DNA from: Mobula hypostoma
Lineage: Eukaryota
Assembly (NCBI RefSeq): GCF_963921235.1
Contig: NC_086101.1
Coordinates: forward strand, 2,792,001 to 2,856,000
Direction: 5' to 3'
Length of the DNA: 64,000 bases
The notes beneath the pieces are model-generated. The model did no database searches. It was not told the origin of the DNA and saw nothing but the letters and a program-made list of their open reading frames with translations. A program made the translations under genes and the position numbers. Shown in pieces: positions 1 through 12,030 of the stretch. The stretch's first letter is position 1. Every line of letters starts with the position of its first letter.

Positions 1-289
1 CCTGGACAACACGAACACCTATGTCAGGATGCTGTTCATTGACCATAACTCAGCATTTAATGCCATCATTCCCACAATCCTGATTGAGAAGTTGCAGAAC
101 CTGGGCCTCTGTACTTTCCTCTGCAATTGGATCCTCGACTTCCTAACCAGAAGACCACAATCTGTATGGATTGGTGATAACATCTCCTCCTCGTTCGCGA
201 TCAACACTGGCACACTTCAGGGGTGTGTGCTTATCCCACTGCTCTACTCTCTATATACACATGACTGTGTGACTAGGCATAGCTCAAAT

Positions 290-1635
290 CATTATCATCA
301 TCAGGTGCCGTGCCCAGTTTGAGCTTTGACTGCCATGGCCCACCACTCCTGTTTCGGGTTAAGTGGATCAATTCATTGGTATTCATTTCCAGTTCTCTGG
401 CTGCTGTCTCCATCATCATTTGTCTTTGTCTTCCTCTTGCTTTCTTTCCTTCAATATTTCTTAGAATTCCAAGAAGGGCCAAAAGGCCTGTTTCTGTGCT
501 GTAGTTTCTATGGTTCTATGGTTCTAATTACCGTGCATTCTAACTCCTCTTTCCTAATCACATGTCCAATGTAGTTACATCCTTCCCATACAGGGAGTAC
601 AAAGAAGGTTCACCAGATTGATTCCTGGGATGGCAGGACTTTCATATGAAGAAAGACTGGATGAACTGGGCTTGTACTCGTTGGAATTTAGAAGATTGAG
701 GGGGGATCTGATTGAAACGTATAAAATCCCAAAGGGATTGGACAGGCTAGATGCAGGAAGATTGTTCCTGATGTTGGGGAAGTCCAGAACGAGGGGTAAC
801 AGTTTGAGGATAAAGGGGAAGCCTTTTAGGACCGAGATTAGGAAAAACTTCTTCACACAGAGAGTGGTGAATCTGTGGAATTCTCTGCCACAGGAAACAG
901 TTGAGGCCAGTTCATTGGCTATATTTAAGAGGGAGTTAGATATGGCCCTTGTGGCTATGGGGATCAGGGGGTATGGAGGGAAGGCTGGGGCAGGGTTCTC
1001 AATTGGATGATCAGCCATGATCATAATAAATGGCGGTGCAGGCTCGAAGGGCCGAATGGCCTACTCCTGCATCTATTTTCTATGTTTCTATGTTTCTATG
1101 TTGCCTTTTCATGATCTCATACATGATTTCTCTTTTTGTGTTTGTTCTGTTCATGACATCCTCATTAGATATTCGTTTCGTTTATGATATTCTTTCTATC
1201 CTCCTCAAAAACCACATCTCTGCCACTACAATTCGTTTCCTCATGTTATCAGATATTGTCCAACATTCAGAGCCATATAACATAACTGGATAAACGTAAC
1301 ATTTCAGTACTCTGACGCGGGTTGTCATACCTAGTTTAGTGTTGGTCAGTATACTCTTCATTCTCGTAAAGGTGTCTTTTGCCATCCCCATTCTTCTTTT
1401 GATGTCCATGTCGCACCTGGCATCTGATGTCACCCAGCTTCCTAAGTAGCAAAAGTTCTGAACTTGTTTTATGTCTTCCCCGTTTATTCTCAGCCTGCAG
1501 ATAGGAATCTCCTTCTTTTTGGATATCACCATACATTTTTTTTTTGCAGTTCATAGTTAAACCCATTTTTGCACCTTCTTCAACAATAATATCAATTAAG
1601 TTTTGTAGTTCTTCCTCTGTACTTGCAATTAACAC
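290..1635 (-). mobile_element. RTE-clade LINE, 5'-truncated, with CR1 pieces nested inside
   Basis: ORFs VLIASTEEELQNL..GLTMN, FCYLGS..DIKRRMGMAKDTF..VLKCYVYPVMLYGSECW and IEGKKARGRQR. (GAT)n-type tail at 290-302. CAAAT duplicated at 285-289 and 1636-1640. Confidence 0.85.
585..1100 (+). mobile_element. CR1/HER1-type LINE 3' fragment
   Basis: C-terminal ORF2 text MIPGMAGLSYEERLDELGLYSLEFRRLRGDLIETYK..FFTQRVVNLWNSLP, followed by a (TTTCTATG)n tail. Confidence 0.9.
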
Positions 1636-2520
1636 CAAATACCATCTAAAAATTTGCTAACGATAAAACCATTGTTGGTAGAATCTCAGATGGTGACGAG
1701 AAGGCGTACAGGAGTGAGATATGCCAACTAGTGGAGTGGTGCTACAGCAACAACCTGGCACTCAACATCAGTAAGACAAAAGAGCTGATTGTGGACTTCA
1801 GGAAGGGTAAGACAAAGGAACACATACCAATCCTCATAGAGGGATCAGAAATGGAGACAGTGAACAGGTTCAAGTTTCTGGGTGTCAAGATCTCTGAGGA
1901 CCTAACCTGGTCCCAACATATTGAAGCAGTTATAAAGAAGGCAAGACAGCGACTATACTTCATTAGGAGTTTGAAGAGATTTGGTATGTCAACAAATACT
2001 CTCAAAAACTTCTATAGACGTACTGTGGAGAGCATTCTGACAGGCTGCATCACTGTCTGGTATGGAGGGGCTACTGCACAGGACTGAAAGAAGCTGAAGA
2101 AGGTTGTAAATCTAATCAGCTCCATCTTGGGCACCAGCCTACAAAGTACCCAGGGCATCTTCAGGGAGCGGTGTCTCAGAAAGGCAGCGTCCATTATTAA
2201 GGACCTCCAGCACCCAGGGCATGGCCTTTTCTCACTGTTACCATCAGGTAGGAGATACAGAAGCCTGAAGACACACACCCAGCAATTCAGGAACAGCTTC
2301 TTCCCCTCTGCCATCCGATTCCTAAATGGACATTGAACCCTTGGACCCTACCTCACTTTTTAATATACAGTATTTCTGATTTTTGCACAATTTTTAACAT
2401 CTTCTATATACTATACTTTAATTAATTTTTTTCTCTTCTGTATTATGTACTGCATTGAACTGCTGCTGCTAAGTTAAAAAATTTTGTGTCACATGCCAGT
2501 GATGATAAACCTAATTCTGA

Positions 2521-3469
2521 CTGTGAAGCCGTGTCAGATTGCATGGGAATCGTGAGTGAACAACCCTTTTCAGTTCAGCCAAAATTCTGAATTGGATTGA
2601 GGTCTGGACTCTGACTTGGCCACTCCAGGACATTAACTTTGTTGTTTTAAGCCTTTCCTGTGTAGCTTTGGCTTTATGCTTGGGGTAGTTCCCTTGCTGG
2701 AAAACAAATCTCCCAAGTCGCAGTTCTCTTGCAGACCACATCAGGGTTTCCTCCAGGATTTCCCTGAATTTTGCTGAATTCATTTCACCCTCTGCCTTCA
2801 CAAGCCCTCCAGGGCCTGCTACAGTGAAGCATCCCCACAGCATGATGCAGCCACCACCATGCTTCACGTGCTAGCCATTTCACCCTTGGGAAAAAGCCTC
2901 TGACTATCCACATCATCAATGTTTCTCATCGTCTTAGACACCTCAGTCATGTCACCTCTCATCCTCCGTTGCTCCAAGGAGAAAAGGCCAAGTTCACTCA
3001 ACCTATTCTCATAAGGCATACTCCCCAAATCCAGGCAATATCCTTGTATATATCCACTGCACCCTTTCTATGGTTTCCACATCCTTCCTGTAGTGAGGCG
3101 ACCAGAACTGAGCACAGTAGGCCAAGTGGGGTCTGACCAGGGTCCTATATAGTTGTAACATTACCTCTTGGCTCCTAAACTCAAACCCACAATTGATGAA
3201 GACCAATGCACCATATGGCTTCTTAATCAGCTTTGAGTGTCCAATGGACTCGGACCCCAAGATCCCTCTGATTCTCCCCACTGCCAAGAGTCTTACCATT
3301 AATACTATATTCTGCCATCATATTTGACCTACCAAAATGAACAACCTGAAAGAGTCTTTCTCTGCTGATCTGTGTTAAAATAGCCAAACTAAATCCACTG
3401 TGATTCAATGTTGTAGAACGATAAAACATCCAAACTTCCAAGGGGTGTGAATAGTTTTTATGGGCACTA
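2521..3469 (-). mobile_element. Tc1-family DNA transposon remnant (transposase fragment plus one terminal repeat), interrupted by a CR1 fragment at about 2870-3345
   Basis: ORF 2511-2867 KHGGGCIMLWGCF..FVFQQGNYPKHKAK is the Tc1 DDE region. Terminal-repeat-like TAGTGCCCATAAAAACTATTCACACCCCTTGGAAG lies on the minus strand ending near 3469. Confidence 0.8.
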
Positions 3470-4164
3470 TGTATATATATGTCACCATATATATGTATGT
3501 ATCTATACATATATATGTCACCATCCTGAGAGTCATTTTCTTGTCAGCATTTACAGGAAAATAAGAAAGACAATAGAATTTATGAAAGACTATACAGAAA
3601 CACAGAATGACAACAACTAATGCACAAAAGAAGACAAACTGTACAAATATAAAACAACACTGAGAACATGAGTTGTAAAAACTCATTAAAGTGAGAGTAC
3701 AGGTTATAGAATCAGTTTCGAGTTGAGGATGAGTGAAGTTATCCACACAGGTTCAAGAGTCTGATCATGGTAGGGTAATAACTGTTACTCAATCTGTTGG
3801 GACCTACGGTTCCTGTATGTCCAACCGAATGGAAGTAATGAGAGGAGAGCTTCACACATCAAAGTTGCTGGTGAACGAAAGTGGGGGACAGATACCAGAA
3901 TAGGTTTGGAACATAGATTGTTAGAGGAGAGCTTGGCTGAATTGTGGGGGTCCTTGATAATGAAAGAATGTTGGTTTATCTGGTCAGTCAGAGAGTGTGG
4001 GTAGAGTAGCAGTTGAGAAATACAGAGAATGGATTTTGCATTTCTATGGTATGAGTTTTCACTATCTTTACGAAATAGCTTACAGCTGAGCCTGCCATGG
4101 AGTTGACGCCAGAAATCTCTCAGAACTGGCCAAATTCAGTTGGCTCCAGCTTAAAGGTGTGTGG

Positions 4165-4703
4165 AGAGGGAGTGGAGAAGTCTAAATGCTCTCCAAAAGA
4201 CGTTGCTGCACGTCACAAGTTTGCAAAGACCACCTGGATGTTCCATGATGCTTCTTGGACAAAGTTCTGTGGACAGATTAGATGGATGTTGAACTTCTTG
4301 GCAGAAATGCACTCTGCTTGTTTGGAGGGAAAAGGGCACTGCACACCAGCACCAAAACCGCATTGGAACTGGAAGGAGCACGATGGTTTGGGGCTGCTTT
4401 CTTCCTCGCGTCGTGCAGATCAGCAGCTACAGAAAATATTTGGTGGAGGTTATTGCTGCAAAAGAAGGTTCTATCAGTTAGTAAATACAAGGGCTGGCAT
4501 ACTTTTTTTGCAGCCTGGACTGTGAATGATTAAACAATGTGTTCAACAAAAACATGAAGAGTGCAATTGTTTGTGTGTTAGTTTAGGGAGATTGTGTTTG
4601 TCTATTATTGTGACTGAGAACAGCGTCAGACCACGTTTTATGAGTAATTAATGCAGAAACCATGTAATTGCAGAAAGTTCCCTAACTTTTTCTTGCAATT
4701 GTA
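4165..4703 (+). mobile_element. Second decayed Tc1-family transposon
   Basis: Frameshifted remnants VAARHKFAK / KVLWTD / ELLGRNA / GSTMVWGCF. Terminal-repeat-like end ..TTCTTGCAATTG followed by TA at 4702-4703. Confidence 0.7.
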
Positions 4704-4719
4704 TGCCCCATGTTAAAGA

Positions 4720-5278
4720 CTCTACTACACCTGGAGTATTGTGTGCAGTTTTGGTCTCCAAATTTGAGGAAGGACATTCTTGCTATTGAGGGAGTGCAGC
4801 GTAGGTTCACAAGGTTAATTCCCGGGATGGTGGGACGTTCATGTGTTGAAAGATTGGAGCGACTGGGGTTGTATACGCTGGAACTTAGAAGGATGAGAAG
4901 AGATCTGATTGAAACATATAAGATTATTAAGGGATTGGACACACTGGAGGCAGGAAACATGCTCCCGATGTTGGGGGAGTCCAGAACCAAAGGTCACAGT
5001 TTAAGAATAAGGGGTAGACAATTTAGAATGGAGTTGAGGAAAAACTTTTTCACCCAGAGAGTTGTGGATCTGTGGAATGCTCTGCCTCAGAAGGCAGTGG
5101 AGGCCAATTCTCTGGATTCTTTCAAGAAAGAGTTAGATAGAGCTCTTAAAGATAGCGGAGTGAAGGGATATGGGAAGAAGGCAGGAAAAGGGTACTGATT
5201 GTGGATGATCAGCCATGATCACAGTGAATGGTGGTGCTGGCTCAGGCCTACTCCTGAACCTATTGTCTATTGTCTATA
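4720..5278 (+). mobile_element. CR1-type LINE 3' fragment
   Basis: HLEYCVQFWSP..IEGVQRRFTRLIPG..FFTQRVVDLWNALP, followed by a (TATTGTC)n tail. Confidence 0.9.
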
Positions 5279-5639
5279 ATCGAAACATCTCAACATCTAC
5301 TGAATTGTGCTTCTTCCTCACACTTTCTTCTAAACTCCAAAGAATACACATCCAACCTCTCCCGACAGGACAAGCTTTCCTTACCCTTCAATCCAAAGAG
5401 AAAAGACAGCTAATCCTCTCCTCATCAGACATGCTCTCTAATCCAGGCAGCGTTCAGGCCAGGACCATCAGACTCAAAAACACTTTACTTCCCCAAGTAG
5501 TAAGGCTGATCAGTACTCCACTCACTAACTCAACCCTCCACAATCCCAACCACCACGACTTTATCATTTTCTGTCAGTCACCTCATGTACAGGTAGTCCC
5601 ATGTCTAGCATCACTTTATACTCTGATAAAGCATACTAT

Positions 5640-8015
5640 GAGTCCAGAATGGATTCCTGTCACAGTATGTTGACAGGTCGACTAGGGGGATGCCATACTA
5701 GATCTAGTACTAGGTAATGAACCGGGTCAGGTCACAGATCTCTCAGTGGGTGAGCATCTGGGGGACAGTGACCACCGCTCCCTGGCCTTTAGCATTATCA
5801 TGGAAAAGGATAGAATCAGAGAGGACAGGAAAATTTTTAATTGGGGAAGGGCAAATTATGAGGCTGTAAGGCTAAAACTTGCGGGTGTGAATTGGGATGA
5901 TGTTTTTGCAGGGAAATGTACTATGGACATGTGGTCGATGTTCAGAGATCTCTTGCAGAATGTTAGGGGTAAATTTGTCCCAGTGAGGAAGATAAAGAAT
6001 GGTAGGGTGAAGGAACCATGGGTGACAAGTGAGGTGGAAAATCTAGTCAGGTGGAAGAAGGCAGCATACATGAGGTTTAGGAAGCAAGGATCAGATGGGT
6101 CTATTGAGGAATGTAGGGAAGCAAGAAAGGAGCTTAAGAAGGGGCTGAGAAGAGCAAGAAGGGGGCATGAGAAGGCCTTGGCAAGTAGGGTAAAGGAAAA
6201 CCCCAAGGAATTCTTCAATTATATAAAGAACAAAAGGCTGACAAGAGTAAAGGTAAGACCGATTAGAGATAAAGGTGGGAAGTTGTGCCTGGAGGCTGTG
6301 GAAGTGAGCGAGGTCCTCAATGAATACTTCTCTTCGGTATTCACCAATGAGAGGGAACTTGATGATGGTGAGGACAATATGAGTGAGGTTGATGTTCTGG
6401 AGCATGAATGATATTAAGGGAAAGGAGGTGCTGGAGTTGTTAAAATACATTAGGACAGATAAGTCCCCAGGGCCTGACGGAATATTCCCCAGGCTGCTCC
6501 ACGAGGTGAGAGAAGAGATTGCTGAGCCTCTGGCTAGGATCTTTATGTCCTCATTGTCCACGGGAATGGTACCGGAGGATTGGAGGGAGGTGAATGTTTT
6601 CCCCTTGTTCAAAAAAGGTAGTCGGGATAGTCCGGGTAATTATAGTCCAGTGAGCCTTACGTCTGTGGTGGGAAAGCTGTTGGAAAAGATTCTTAGAGAT
6701 AGGATCTCTGGGCATTTAGAGAATCATGGTCTGATCAGGGACAGTCAGCATGGCTTTGTGTAGGGCAGATCATGTCTAACAAGCCTGATAGAGTTCTTTG
6801 AGGAGGTGACCAGGCATATAGATGAGGGTAGTGCAGTGGATGTGATCTGTATGGATTTTAGTAAGACATTTGACAAGGTTTCATACGGTGGGCTTATTCA
6901 GCAAGTCAGAAGGCATGGGATCCAGGGAAGTTTGGCCAGGTGGATTCAGAATTGGCTTGCCTGCAGAAGGCAGAGGGTGGTGGTGGAGGGAGTACATTCA
7001 GATTGGAGGATTGTGACTAGTGGTGTCCCACAAGGATCCGTTCTGGGACCTCTACTTTTCGTGATTTTTATTAACGACCTGGATGTGGGGGTAGAAGGGT
7101 GGGTTGGAAAGTTTGCAGATGACACAAAGGTTGCTGGTGTTGTAGATAGTGTAGAAGATTGTCGAAGATTGCAGAGAGACATTGATAAGATGCAGAAGTG
7201 GGCTGAGAAGTGGCAGATGGAGTTCAATCCGGAGAAGTATGAGGTGGTACACTTTAGAAGGACAAACTCCAGGGCAGGGTACAAAGTAAATGGCAGGATA
7301 CTTGGTAGTGTGGAGGAGCAGAGGGATCTGGGTGTACATGTCCACAGATCCCTGAAAGTTGCCTCACAGGTGGATAGGGTAGTTAGGAAAGCTTATGGGG
7401 TGTTAGCTTTCATAAGTCGAGGGATAGAGTTTAAGAGTCACGATGTAAAGATGCAGCTCTATAAAACTCTGGTTAGGCCACACTTGAAGTACTGTGTCCA
7501 GTTCTGGTTGCTTCACAATAAGAAGGATGTGGAAGCATCGGAAAGGGTACAGAGGAGATTTACCAGGATGCTGCCTGGTTTAAAGAGTATGCATTATGAT
7601 CAGAGATTAAGGGAGCTAGGGCTTTACTCTTTGGAGAGAAGGAGGATGAGAGGAGACATGATAGAGGTGTACAAGATAATAAGAGGAATAGATAGAATGG
7701 ATATCCAGCGCCTCTTCCCCAGGGCACCACCGCTCAATACAAGAGGACATGGCTTTAAGGTAAGGGGTGGGAAGTTCAAGGGGGATATTAGAGGAAGGTT
7801 TTTTATTCAGAGGGTGGTTGGTGCATGGAATGCACTGCCTGAGTCAGTGGTGGAGGCAGATACACTAGTGAAGTTTAAGAGACTACTAGACCGGTATATG
7901 GAGGAATTTAAGGTGGGGGGCTTATATGGGAGGCAGGGTTTGAGGGTCGGCACAACTTTGTGGGCCGAAGGGCCTGTACTGTGCTGTACTATTCTATGTT
8001 CTATGTTCTATGTTC
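5640..8015 (+). mobile_element. CR1-type LINE, 5'-truncated ORF2 with a frameshift and a stop
   Basis: Endonuclease end GDSDH (5746 ORF), KSPGPDGIFPR..SQHGF, RT motifs [14 protein letters not shown] and KFADDTK, and a (TTCTATG)n tail ending near 8015. Confidence 0.92.
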
Positions 8016-8619
8016 AAATCAGAAAGAGTGAAGTCGTGCATCTTGGAAGGTAGAATTTGATGGCAGAGTACAAAGTTAATGCCATGATTCTTGGTGCAAA
8101 GGAACAGAATAATCTTGGGGTTCACAGCCATAGATCCCTCACAGTCGCCAAGCAAGTTAACAGGGTGGTAAAGAAATTTGTATGGTATGTTGGCCTTCGT
8201 TAGTGGGGAGATTAAGTTCAAGAGCTACGAGGTAATGTGGCAGCTCTAATCCCCGGTGGACCACATTGGAATATTGTGTTCAGTTCTGATGCCTCAGTAT
8301 TGGAAGGATGTGGAAGTTTTAGAGAGGTTGCAGAGGGGATTTACCAGGATGCCGCCTGGATTAGAGGGCATGTCTCATGAGGAGAAGTTGACTGAGGTAG
8401 GACACTTGACTCTGAAGTGAAAAAGGATGAGAGGTGACTTGAAGGAGGTGCACAAGATGAAAAGAATCATGGATAGAGTGGATGGTCAGAGACTTCTTCC
8501 CAGGGCAGGATTGGTGAATATGTTGAGCCATTTCCACACCAAGTTTAATACATACTGTAATTCGAAGGTGACTGGATGCAAAGGGACATTGCAGAGGTAC
8601 TGTGTTTATTTTACACACA

Positions 8620-8852
8620 TATAAGGGGTTTCTTCTTTAATGTTACTGCATAGGCTAATTAAAATGGCTTCTTTGTTATGTTATAATTGAAATAGCTTCT
8701 TTGTTATGTTAACTGCTGAGAAAGTCCTCCCGCTAGTAGTTTGTTTGGATTGTGTTATTGATAAGAGGATGAAAGAACCAATGGGGATAGATGTTATTCT
8801 TTCTAGTGTGTCTGTAAGTTCGTGTGATGCGCGGGTTTTTGGGCAGAAGGCG

Positions 8853-8894
<42 letters not shown>

Positions 8895-9360
8895 GATGGA
8901 CCAGGTGCTGTGAGTCGGCTAATGGGGTCGGACCCCGAGCAGGAGTCCGAGGTTCAGGGTGTCCGGCGAGGAGAGGTGACGTAGACGGACTCGTGTGGAG
9001 CGTCTGGTCGACCATCGTTGTTGGTCCCAGGCGGCAGGTCGAGGTGGTCCGAGGGGATCGCAGGGTGAAGAATGAAGGTCCCGAGCTCCAACTGTTTGTG
9101 TACGAAGAGATTGAACTTTGATAAGTGTGGTGCCTTTTATTTTCCTTTTATATTTTATTCTCTATTAATTATATAGTTCCAGTAATGTCTATAAACTGTA
9201 AATCATTTAATCGTATCGGGTGTATTGTCTGTTGTTTGGCAGGGTGGGGTACATCACATAGCATCAACACTAACTTTTTTACCAAGTTTGGAGGGGCTGA
9301 GGGCTGTTTCCCTAGACGACAGCGATCTGAGCGACCCTGAGGCTGGCCAGGGGGGCTACA
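8620..9360. mobile_element. Solo LTR (741 bp), probably Gypsy-type, inserted in a decayed CR1
   Basis: Starts TATAAGGGG (probably a mutated TGT), ends GGCTACA, and is flanked by CACA at 8616-8619 and 9361-9364. The host CR1 text TTTTACACA|CAGGTTGTGGGTG rejoins across it. Contains a (GA)n tract at about 8856-8890. Confidence 0.75.
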
Positions 9361-9959
9361 CACAGGTTGTGGGTGTGTGGAGCACGCTGCCAGGAATGGT
9401 GGAGGCAGTTGCATTAGGGACCTTTAAGAAACACTTAGATGGGCGCATGGATGAAAGAAAAATAGACAACTATGTGGGAGGGAAGGGTTAGAATGATTTT
9501 GGGGTACGTTAAAGGCTTGACAGAACATTGTGGACTGAAGGGCCTGTTCTGTTCTAAGTTCAGACCTCCCTAGTTATAAACTACAGGCCTTTCTGTAAAT
9601 AATAACTTCATTTACAGAGCACTTTCCTTACTGATGTTGTTGTTCAAAATGCTCTATAATGGGATAAGGGAAAAACATGAAAATCAAATAAAAAATAAAT
9701 TGAAATCAAAGGAGAAAAAGATTTTAGTTAAAAGGTTAAATAAATAGGGTTTGAGCTACATTTAAAAGTGTATAACATCCGTTATAGTTTTAGGATTTGA
9801 ATTCCACAGTTTAAGAAAGTAGTTCCAAAAAGCTGAGCTACCAATTACCTGTTGAGGGGGCAACACATACGAAATGCTGGAGGGAGCAACTGAAAGGTTA
9901 CTAAAGAAGTTTAGATGGCATACAAAATACACCTATCTATCATATTTAAGAGGATGCCA

Positions 9960-11665
9960 GAAGTTTCTTCAGATACACAAAATCCTAATGAAAGGCAAGC
10001 ATGTATATTGGACCACTGGAGAACGATGCTGGAAAGGTAGAAAAAGGGGACACGGATTTGGCGGATGAACTGAACAAATATTTTGCATCAGCCTTCACTG
10101 TGGAAGATACTAGCAGCTTGGTGGAAGTTCCAGATGTCAGGGGTCATGAGCTGTGTGAAGTTGACATTACTAGAGACGCTGAAGGGCCTGAAGGTAGATA
10201 AGTCACTTGGACCTGATGGTGTACACCCCAGAGTACCAGAAGGGGTGGCTCAAGAGATTCTGGTGGCATCAATAATGATCTTTCAAGAATCATTAGGTTC
10301 TGGCATGGCTCCAGAAGATTGGAAAATTGAAAATGTTACTGCAGAGGGAGAAAGGCAGAAGAAAGGAAACTACAGGCCAGTTAGTCTGACCTCAGAGGTT
10401 GGGAAGATGTTGGAATTGATTATTATGGATGAAGTCTCAGGGTACTTGGAGGCACATGGTAAAGTGGGGTTTAGTCAGCATGGTTTCCTCAAGGGAAAAT
10501 CTTGCCTGACAAATCTCTTGGAATTCTTTGAAGAAATAAGGCTGCTTTACAAGCTACGAGCCCATGGTATTACAGGGAAGATTCTAGCATGGATACAGCA
10601 GTGGGTGACTGGCAGGAGGCAAAGTAGGGGAATAAAGAGAGCTTTTTCTGATAGGCTGCCGGTGACTAGTGTTGTTCCACAGGGGTCTGTGTTGGATCCG
10701 ATTCTTTTTATGTTATATGCCATTGATTGGGATGATGGAATTGATGGCTTTGTGGTTAGGTTTGCAGATCATATGAAGAGAGGTGGAGGGGCAGGTAGTT
10801 TTGAGGAAATAGAGAAGCTACAGAAGGACAGACAAATTGGGAGAATGGACAAAGAAATGGCAGATAGAGTAGTGTTGGGAAGTGTATGTTCATGCACTTT
10901 GGTAGAAAAAATGAAAGGACTAGTTATTTTCTAAAAAGAAAAGATAATCAAAAAAACTGAGATGCAAAGGGAGCTGGGAGTCCTTGTGTAGAATTCCCTA
11001 AGGGTAAATTTGCTGGTTGGGTCTGTGATGAGGAAGGCAAATGCAATGTTAGCATTCGTTTCAAGAGGACTTGAATATAAAAGCCAGGATGTAATGTTGA
11101 GACACTAGCGAGGACTCACTTGGAGAATTGTGAGCAGTTTTGGGTCCCTCATTGTAGTAAGGATGTTCTGAAACTGGAGAGAGTTCAAAGGAGTTCATTG
11201 AAAATGATTCCAGGATTGAATGGGTTGCCATGTGAAGAGTGTTTGATGGCTCTGGGCCTGTATTCACTGGAATTCAAGTGAATGATGGGTGACCTCATTG
11301 AAACCTATCGAATGGTGAACGGCCTTTATACAGTGAGTGTGAAGAAGGTGTTTCCCAAGTTGGGAGACTCTAAGACCAGAGAACAGTCTCAGACTAAAGG
11401 GTAGTAAAATGGAAATGAGGAGGAATTTCTTTAGCCAGAGAGTGGTAAATCTGTGGAATTCTTTGCCAAGGGCAGATGTGGAGGCCAGGTCTTTATGGAT
11501 ATTTAAGGCAGAGGTTTATAAATTCTTGATTGGACAGGGCATGAAGGGATACGGGGAGAAGGAAGGAGATTGAGGCTGAGAGGAAAATTGGATCAGCCGT
11601 GATGAAAAGGACGAGCAGACTCACTGGGCCAAATGGCCTAATTCTCCTTATGATCTTATGGTATA
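9960..11665 (+). mobile_element. Decayed CR1-type LINE
   Basis: KSLGPDGVHPR, NYRPVSLTS, SQHGFLKGKSCLTNLLEFFE, VPQGSVL, and a CR1 3' tail at about 11620-11665. Confidence 0.85.
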
Positions 11666-11699
11666 ACTCATGTAGGATTATAAAATGAAAACAATTCTG

Positions 11700-12030
11700 T
11701 GATGTAATCAGGTCCCAGTCCACGTAAGAGCTTTAAAGTAGTTAGAAAACTTTAAAATCAATTTTAAAAGATACAGGAAGCCAGTGCAGAGAAGCTAGGA
11801 GTGGAGAGGTATGTTCCTCAGAAGTTTTCGTAATGTTCTGCATGAATGTAACTTTATCAATAGGCTGCTTTGGAAGGTCAGTAGAAAGTGTATTGCAGTA
11901 ATCCAGTCTGTTCCACCCACTGGCAGTTTCTTTCCATTCAAATAATAATCTGCTTTTTGATTCTCTCATCAGTCTATGACCTTGCACCTCCCAAATTAAA
12001 CTCCATTTGCCAGCTCCCTATCAGCAACTG
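11700..12030 (-). mobile_element. L2-clade LINE fragment
   Basis: RLDYCN..HTSPLLASLHWLPVSFKIDFKV, the characteristic L2 ORF2 C-terminal motif. Confidence 0.7.

Larger units (their letters stand above)
1..2520 (+). mobile_element. Rex1/Babar-like non-LTR retrotransposon (RT plus 3' end), split by an RTE insertion at 290-1635
   Basis: RT text [32 protein letters not shown] (29-289) resumes at 1641 as TI*KFANDKTIVG, then [36 protein letters not shown]. Typical 3' tail GCCAGTGATGATAAACCTAATTCTGA ends near 2520. Confidence 0.85.
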
